Shown here piece by piece: positions 56,551 through 64,000 of a stretch of DNA of 64,000 bases (the stretch's first letter is position 1; the number at the start of each line of letters is the position of its first letter). Made by a program: the position numbers and the translations under genes. The notes below the pieces were generated by a model that worked only from the letters and a program-made list of their open reading frames with translations, did not search any database and was not told the DNA's origin. The stretch is from Batkoa obscura (lineage: Eukaryota): assembly GCA_030770535.1 (NCBI GenBank), contig JASVEC010000016.1, forward strand, positions 62,001 through 126,000. Reading direction: 5' to 3'.

Positions 56551-56920
56551 TTTAAATTTCAATGTTGATTATCTGTTATTCTTGACTTAAATTCAACTAT
56601 CTATCATATTATTTCTTATTTAAATATTAATGGTTACTATATTATTTTTTATTATCATTGAAATAAAGTAAAAATTGAATTGATTCTTCAACGTAACTAT
56701 TTATTGAAGTTTCTAAAATAACAATATGATGGAAAAATACTTACTATTAAATGTAATTAATATAGAATACTTGAGACTAAATATAACCAATATAAAATGT
56801 ATACAGTATTAACTTACTATAAAAGCGATAAATTATTATCATTAAACATGTTATTAGTTTTACCTAGCTAAATGGGAAAATAAAACTCAGATAGAGCTAA
56901 ATAAAAGTGTTAAAACAACC

Positions 56921-57024
56921 ATACGGAGGTATATTTTTTTCAAGAATTTTACTAACAATTTTTCCACCCAAATAGCGCTTAAAAGATGGAAAAAGTAATG
57001 AAGCCAAAAAAACATCCCCGTATA
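56921..57024 (+). mobile_element. MITE family A copy 6
   Basis: ATACGGAGGTATATTTT...AAAAAACATCCCCGTAT; ends read TA|CGG...CCG|TA. Confidence 0.85.
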
Positions 57025-57338
57025 ATATTAGGTTGTAGAATCAAAACTTAAAATTGTGTTATGAGTTAATAGTAATTTTTGCTTAAAGCTGGCTTTTTTA
57101 ACTTGAGATATATTTTCATTGTTTGTTAACTCATACTTCTCGAGTACTTGTGTTTCTGTGTTTTTATGTTTAATATGATAAACAGATATGCCCTATCCTA
57201 AGCTCTTAATAGTTTCATATAAATGATAGATAAAAAACAGAATAAAAGTTAATATAGTAGTAAGCCAAAATATAGACTTATAAAAATTAAATTACTCCAC
57301 CAAATGGGCAACTAAAGCTGAAGTTAAAAATCTTAATT

Positions 57339-57444
57339 AATGGGGATATTTTTTTGGCTTCATTACTTTCTCCATCTTTTAAGCGCTATTTGGGTGGCAA
57401 AATTGTTAGTAAAATTGTTAAATACAAAAATACATCCCCATATA
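57339..57444 (-). mobile_element. MITE family A copy 7 (reverse orientation)
   Basis: AATGGGGATATTTTTTTGGCTTCATTAC...AAAAATACATCCCCATATA. Confidence 0.88.
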
Positions 57445-58434
57445 TATTATATCCTTTTAAATTTATTCTAACATAAAAGCTTAATTTTATTTAAATACAA
57501 GTTATCTTTTAGTAAAATATTTTGTTACTAGAAACCAACACTTCTACCACTATGAACTTTATAAAATTTTTAGAGCAACTTAATATATACATAGTCCAAC
57601 AGTATCAAATCAAATCTTGTATTAATAGAATTAGATCTAATTGACATTAATTTTAAAATAAATAGTTTTGGCTAATAGCCTTTTTTAATATTTGGTTCTA
57701 ATCATTTCAATAAGGTGAAGAGTTAACAAACAGCTTACAGTAAGAAAAGTTTTATATGTTGTGACTGAATAAAAAAGGAACAAGATTTAAAATTACTAGA
57801 TGTTCTTATAACATAACTAAAACATAATAATGCTATGTTATTTAAACCATATTAATGATATTCTATTAATTATAAAGTAGAAGGAAAGAGGGAGATTATA
57901 ATAAATTAGCTTTAATCATAACCATGGATACAGTAATTAATCAAATTTTTATTGCATTCTTATTGCATTCTTATTGCATTTTAATATAAAAATAGTCACT
58001 TTACTATAATTTCACATACTAAAAAAATCAATAAACCTAACCAATCATTGAAAAATAAAAATAAAATAGGGTTATTAAACTTCTAGCATAATATTAAGTT
58101 GAGGGGAGATCGTATCATGGGATACAAAAATTACATAGCGTCTATATATTATGATTATTGATTGCTGATATAAAAAGCTATGATATAAAAGTATAGTATA
58201 ATATCATTTTCATATTGACAGGATACTCTATCATTCCCAGAAATAGCGAGTTTAATTTACAACGATTGCTAAAAACTCAATTATCTACGTCACAGAAAAA
58301 GCTGTCAAATTTCAAACTTATCGAAATTTAAGAATACAAAAAACGTGACTAAGGTTTTGAATTCATCGCCTAAATTTTAAGTATAAAAATCAAAAAAGTC
58401 AAAAATCAAACTTTCATCTTTTAAGACTTTAAGA

Positions 58435-60167
58435 ATGAAATTAAATACAATTATAAATCAAAGCAAAAAACTCATAGGTAAGTTCATGATGCATTTATAC
58501 CTATATGAGTCATACTGATTTAATTTTTTGTAATTTTAGCTATAAACACTAAGGTGAGATATGCATCCAACTCAAGTAAACTTAATTATCCAATTATAAC
58601 GCTATAAGTTTAACCATTTCTTTAGCTTTTGTAAAATACGATTGGAAAGATCCATTAAATCTTGAATCCGCTCTTACTGAAGAGGAAAAATTGATGCGGT
58701 AGCATTTAGTACTTTTTTTAAAACATAAATTAACTCCTCTATAGAGACACTGCCAGAAACTATTGTCAAAATAAATTAATGCCAAGAGTATTAAAAGGAT
58801 TCAGAGATGAATGTAAAAATTATATTATTACTCTTTTAAAAAATACCATATTAATAAATGCAGCTTTTGACAGAGAAATCTTAAGTGAAATGGGTGAATT
58901 AGGTTTATTAGGCGCTACTATTAATGGTTATAATTGTGCTGGTGCTTCTTCAGTAGCCTATGGATTAATCGCACGTGAAGTAGAAAGGTAAGTATATAAT
59001 CAGTAGTTTTAAATGAATAAATATTTACTTTAAATCCAGAGTGGATAGTGGTTATCGTTCAGCAATGAGTGTACAGTCTTCATTAGTAATGCATCCAATT
59101 TACGCTTATGGTACGGAAGCACAAAAGGAAAAGTATTTACCAAAATTAGGTAAGAAAATAATATCTGGATTTTCATAAAAATTAGAGAGCTGAAATCAAA
59201 TTAGCTAGTGGTGAACTTGTTGGTTGCTTCGGATTAACAGAGCCTAACCACGGGTCAGATCCTAGCTCCATGGAAACAAAGGCTGTTAAACAATCGGATG
59301 GATCTTATGTTTTAAATGGGGCTAAAAATTGGATCACTAATTCGCCTATTGCTGATGTGTTTGTAGTTTGGGCAAAAGATACCAGCGATAATAAGATCAA
59401 AGGGTTCATATTGGAAAAGGTAAGCGGAAAATTGATAGTGATTAAAATAAGATTATAAGGTTCAACTTGCTAGGGTATGTCCGGTTTATCCGCTCCAAAA
59501 ATTGAAGGTAAATTTTCATTAAGGGCTTCTATCACTGGTATGATTGCCATGGAAGATGTTAAAATACCAGCCGAAAATTTATTACCAAATGTGTCTGGAT
59601 TAAAAGTAAATTTACTATATACTTATTTGACTTATATTAAAGCGATCTCAGGGTCCTTTTGGTTGTTTGAATAATGCTAGGTATGGTATCGCCTGGGGTA
59701 CCTTAGGAGCAGCTGAATTCTGTTTAAGTCAGGCTAGAGAGTATACTTTAGATCGTAAGCAATTTGGTGTACCATTAGCTAGCTTTCAATTAATTCAAAA
59801 GAAGTTTGCAGACGCTAATACTGAAGTAAGTAAAACTTATCAAGTTATCTTCATACATTTTGAACTATTATCATAGATAGCTATTGCTTTAATGTCATGC
59901 TTACAAGTAGGTAGATTAAAAGATGCGGGTAAAATAGCTCCTGAAATGATTTCTTTAATTAAGCGTAATTCATGTGGAAAATCATTGGAAATCAGTAGAA
60001 ATATGAGAGATGTTTTAGGAGGTAACGGTATCTCTGACGAATACCATATTATACGTCATGTACTCAATCTAGAATCCGTCAATACTTATGAAGGTACTCA
60101 TGATATCCATGCTTTGATTTTAGGTAGAGGTATTACTGGAATTCCAGCTTTTGAAACTAAACAATAA
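58435..60167 (+). CDS. GCDH: Glutaryl-CoA dehydrogenase, mitochondrial (many exons)
   Basis: [124 protein letters not shown]. Confidence 0.96.
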
Positions 60168-60302
60168 AAATTGTCAATTATTAATTTGGTCTATTTGTTA
60201 TTTATTCCCCTTTATATTTTGATGATATAAGACATTTGATGGTAGGGAACGACTTTTATAAATGCAATTGTTATATTCAGTGTTCACTAGTATTTCAAAT
60301 AT

Positions 60303-60707
60303 TTTAAATATTCTCAAAAATAACTTTGTTTTTTTGGGCAAATATTAACTAAAGATTGCTAAATTGAAGTAAAAATTAATTCTAGATTAAAAATTTTAAT
60401 ATTTATAACTAAAATTTGAGCTGAAAAAATGAATTTGTTAAGTTTTGTCTTTTAACTATTTTTTTTAAAGATGGGCCTTAAATGGTATTTTATTAATAAT
60501 AGTGTACTAAAATTTAAATTTGAATTAAAAGTGTTTTACTAGTTTTCTACTAGTTGAATAGAATGTGATGTTTTAAATACTAGCTAAAGCTATTTATTAA
60601 AAATTGAGCCTTTATTAAAATTTATAAAATCAAGTTTTCTGTTATAGCCAGATTCGCTTGCTATTGTTTTTGCCCAAAAAAGGAAGTTATTTCTGGGAAT
60701 ATCTAAT
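60303..60707. mobile_element. ~400-bp element with ~40-bp imperfect terminal inverted repeats (MITE-like)
   Basis: Left end AATATTCTCAAAAATAACTTTGTTTTTTTGGGCAAA versus reverse complement of the right end GATATTCCCAGAAATAACTTCCTTTTTTGGGCAAA. Confidence 0.6.
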
Positions 60708-62519
60708 AGAGTAAAGAAAAGCAAAAGTTCATAAATTTAATAAATCAATTATTAAGCTAATGACTATTTAAAAAATAAAAAACAAAAAAATAATCAACAT
60801 ATTTAACAAAAACTTGTTATGTCTTGTACGTTTTACATTATTAAAATAGAATACACCTGCAACAAAAAACTAGTTACATACATTATTGAAATTTATTAAA
60901 TTGAATACCACAAAAAATCCTGTAAATTCAACCTAAAAATAACTACTAGACTAATATAAAGAAACTTAAATTCCAAAAGAAGCTTAACTGGCTTTTTAAT
61001 TAAACTTAATTATTTTGTAGTTTTTTATTTTGCTAGGATTGGGTTTGACAAGTTAAATCCGTCAGACTTAACTTTGGTTAAAAAACTAGGGCTGGTAAGA
61101 TTTGTCATAATGCACTTAGCATGATAAAATAATGATGAGTCTAACTCGCTTGTATCATCCAAAGGATTGATAGCCTTAATATCGGTTAGTTTTAAACTGA
61201 AGTTCGATTTTTTTTACTGTTTTATCTTTAATAAAACCTGTTAATAAAACATTTTTTGCTATGAAAATAGTTATCTTTTTATTTAGCTTTATAATATACG
61301 ATGATGGCATTTTTTGTACAGGATTTAACTATGATTTTAAAAGCTCTTTATGTTATAAAAAACGGACAGAAAGAAATGAAATGAAAAAATTCATTTTTTT
61401 TATATTTCGTAGTTGAATCAAAATTATTTTCCCTTTTTTTAATTTCTAAGAGTGCCCTAGTGGTTAAAATCAATCTGTGGATGCCTTTCAAGCCAACGAA
61501 AATAACCATAAAGAAAGTATCACTTATTCCATTGAGCTGACATAATGGATTTTTCAGAAGCCAAATCCGTGGAGTATAGTTACGGTTCATTGTAACCAGA
61601 AAGCATAATATAAGTTTCAAATGATGAACTTGTCGAACAAGACTATGATTCGACGCATTCAGTGAGTATAATATAAATTTCAGATGACGATTCGGACTCA
61701 ATACAATCAAATACATTAACAGTAGCTATAAATTATATATGGCATATATATGGAAGTTGGGCTACAACAAAATTTTATGGACCAGAAAGACAAGATGAAC
61801 CAGTGTAAAACATAGATAGTAATTATAAAATAGTTGGAACATATGAATTAAAAATGCCTAGGCATTGAGATGACACTTACAAAGGCTGGAATAATCCTTA
61901 TTTTAATATAGTTAATATGGATAGTCTGAATGTAATAGATGAAACAAAAAACCTACTATCTAACTGTTATTATAACTCAAAAACTATTACTAAAATTCAA
62001 TCTAATCAAGTTTTATATTAATAGAATCATTGTATATTTGAAAATCGAAGGGTCGTATAAATCAAAGATCAGACTAGTTGAGACTGGATTAGAAGCACTT
62101 TTAAAGTTTACATTATTTAGTTTTGGACTTATAATAAAACTTTCAAATGTGATGGAAACAAAATTCATTCTTTTATTGCATCAGCTAAAATCAGCAGAGA
62201 TATATAAGATTTAATTAATTGGGGTAGGTCCCCTAGTCACCTTGAATTTAACCAAGATTAAATGTTGACAGTTAAAGATTTAACAGATAACTGTAAGCAA
62301 TGAAAAGTAGATGAAGTTGGGCGTGGTTTTAATTCAAACTCAATAGTACATTTAGATAACAATATGAGAAAAAGTAGAAATAAAACTTTTATACAATACT
62401 ATAGAATGATGTTAAATTGTAAAGTTATTAATTTAAAATCACAAATATTTGAAGTGGAGGATGTATGCACTATATCCACTTATCTTACTTCTAAGCTCAA
62501 TGAAACAAAAACAAAAAAA

Positions 62520-63950
62520 TGAACTTTATATTTATTAGGGGAATTTACACTAGTTTATCCATTGGCTTTATCCGTATTCAATATGATAATTCTACTGCCT
62601 TCTTTAATGTCAAGATTAGATCGCCTGTATGTGACGAAAGAGGTTAAAGTGATACTATAGTTACTCGAAATAGTTGATGAACATTTACTTGAAGCCTTAA
62701 CATTTTGAAGTGCAGAAAGATTTGAATATTTCGAAGATGGGTTTTTAAATTTAATTTCGGCTGTCCATGTCTTTTTGAACTTTACAGATCATAATGACCA
62801 TCAGAGGGGATTTTGCTATACAACAATGTATGATACCAAAAAATTAGATGAACTTTGTAGAGCTTCACAATTATAGTTATTTTATCCTTTGTAGCTTTAT
62901 CTCTGCAAATTATCGCGCTCTTGGGTTTAAAAGCAGAAATCATTCTTATAATACTGTGAATGCATTTTCTATAGGTGGTAAACTATTGGCAGATGCTATG
63001 GAGGCTATCCTGGAAGCTGCTTTATTATCAAGTGAAGAGAAATTAGGAATAAAATGTGCTCGAGCATTGGATATAATATGAAATGATTATGGAAATAAAG
63101 GCATTTTAAGAGGGCATATAATTGCTCGAAGTGATATTGTAAAACTTACTACACTACTTAGGTTTGATGTTAGCTATGTCCAATCTATAATTGGGTATGA
63201 ATTTACGCTTCCAGTACTTTTAATTGAAGCTTTTGAGTGTATTGACAATACAATATTTGTTCTATCTCAAAAACAGCTTGAATATTCAGGTGGTAAGGTA
63301 TTATACTGTTCTGTGGTATCGTGTATCTTTCATGATTTTCCAATTCAACAATCTGGTGGTCTTACTGAAATTAGAGGACACTTAGTGAAAAACGATGGTG
63401 TTTCATTATCAATAATGGTGACTTTGGGTCTCCATAACTTTACTATTTTTAAGGATAACATTACAATAGATAGATCTAGAGATAGTGATGTATCGTTACA
63501 GCTGTTGAACTCTGCATTGGCATCACTTTTGGGAGCTGTACTTATTGATTCAAAATTTAATTGGGAGCTATACAACAAATATCTAATATAATTGTGAAGT
63601 CTATTTATGATAATCCTTTTGAATCCAAATGCACTCACTCCAGGTCCAGCACTTCCTCTTTATCCGTATATGGAAAGAAAAGGGTGTATCGGATTAATCC
63701 AACAGTTTGCTATTACAACAAAAACCAATGCTACATAAATGGTACTTTAAATTATTATGATTCATAGTCATATTATTTCTAGTAAAAGAAGAGAAAACCA
63801 ACAAGATATCAAAAATGATGCGGTGATAGCTCTGATTGATAAAATCAACACAAGAGAATTATTACTTGGACACTTATATACTTATTCTCAAGGAGATTTT
63901 ATCTGAGAAAAGAAAAGCTTTAACAATAAAGTTTGCAACCTAATGAAAGT
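62520..63950 (+). pseudogene. Dicer-like pseudogene (connector, RNase IIIa, RNase IIIb, possible dsRBD remnant); may extend upstream to about 61.4 kb
   Basis: LLGEFTLVYPLALSVFNMIILLPSLMSRLD...LLEALTF*SAERFEYFEDGFL (IIIa), KLLADAMEAILEAALL, QSIIGYEF...LIEAF...QKQLEYSGGKVL...GGLTEIRGHLVKN...ASLLGAVLIDS (IIIb). In-frame stops at 62658 and 62706 plus frameshifts. Confidence 0.85.
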
Positions 63951-64000
63951 CTATCAGGTGTTCAATTATACGCTTTATTGATTTACGTACTAATAGTACA

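Overview
Very AT-rich, intron-rich eukaryotic genomic DNA. The gene set and short GT-AG introns point to a fungus, most plausibly an early-diverging (non-Dikarya, e.g. Conidiobolus-like Zoopagomycota) lineage; the lineage is inference. Recognisable genes in order: EGT1 (5'-truncated), COG2, VPS52, a DUF2408/CUB1-like gene, PPE1, LUC7, RPN7, SEC2, BAT1, RPP1, a Cdc7/SepH kinase, a cPLA2/PLB-family lipase, three paralogous homeobox loci (one decayed) around a secreted Pro/Gly/Gln-repeat gene, RPS5, histone H4, condensin II kleisin CAP-H2 (missed by the ORF track), SEC18, PKC1, glutaryl-CoA dehydrogenase and a decayed Dicer. Intergenic DNA carries several MITE-like families, one with 7 copies. 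The most notable observations are: (1) a textbook minor-spliceosome AT-AC intron in PPE1; (2) a condensin II subunit in a fungus; (3) a 231-bp inverted repeat pair with no mismatch found by eye, bracketing H4 + CAP-H2; (4) a local homeobox expansion with an embedded secreted repeat protein; (5) a catalytically dead Dicer relic. Gene models were spliced by eye and family calls come from remembered motifs, not database searches.
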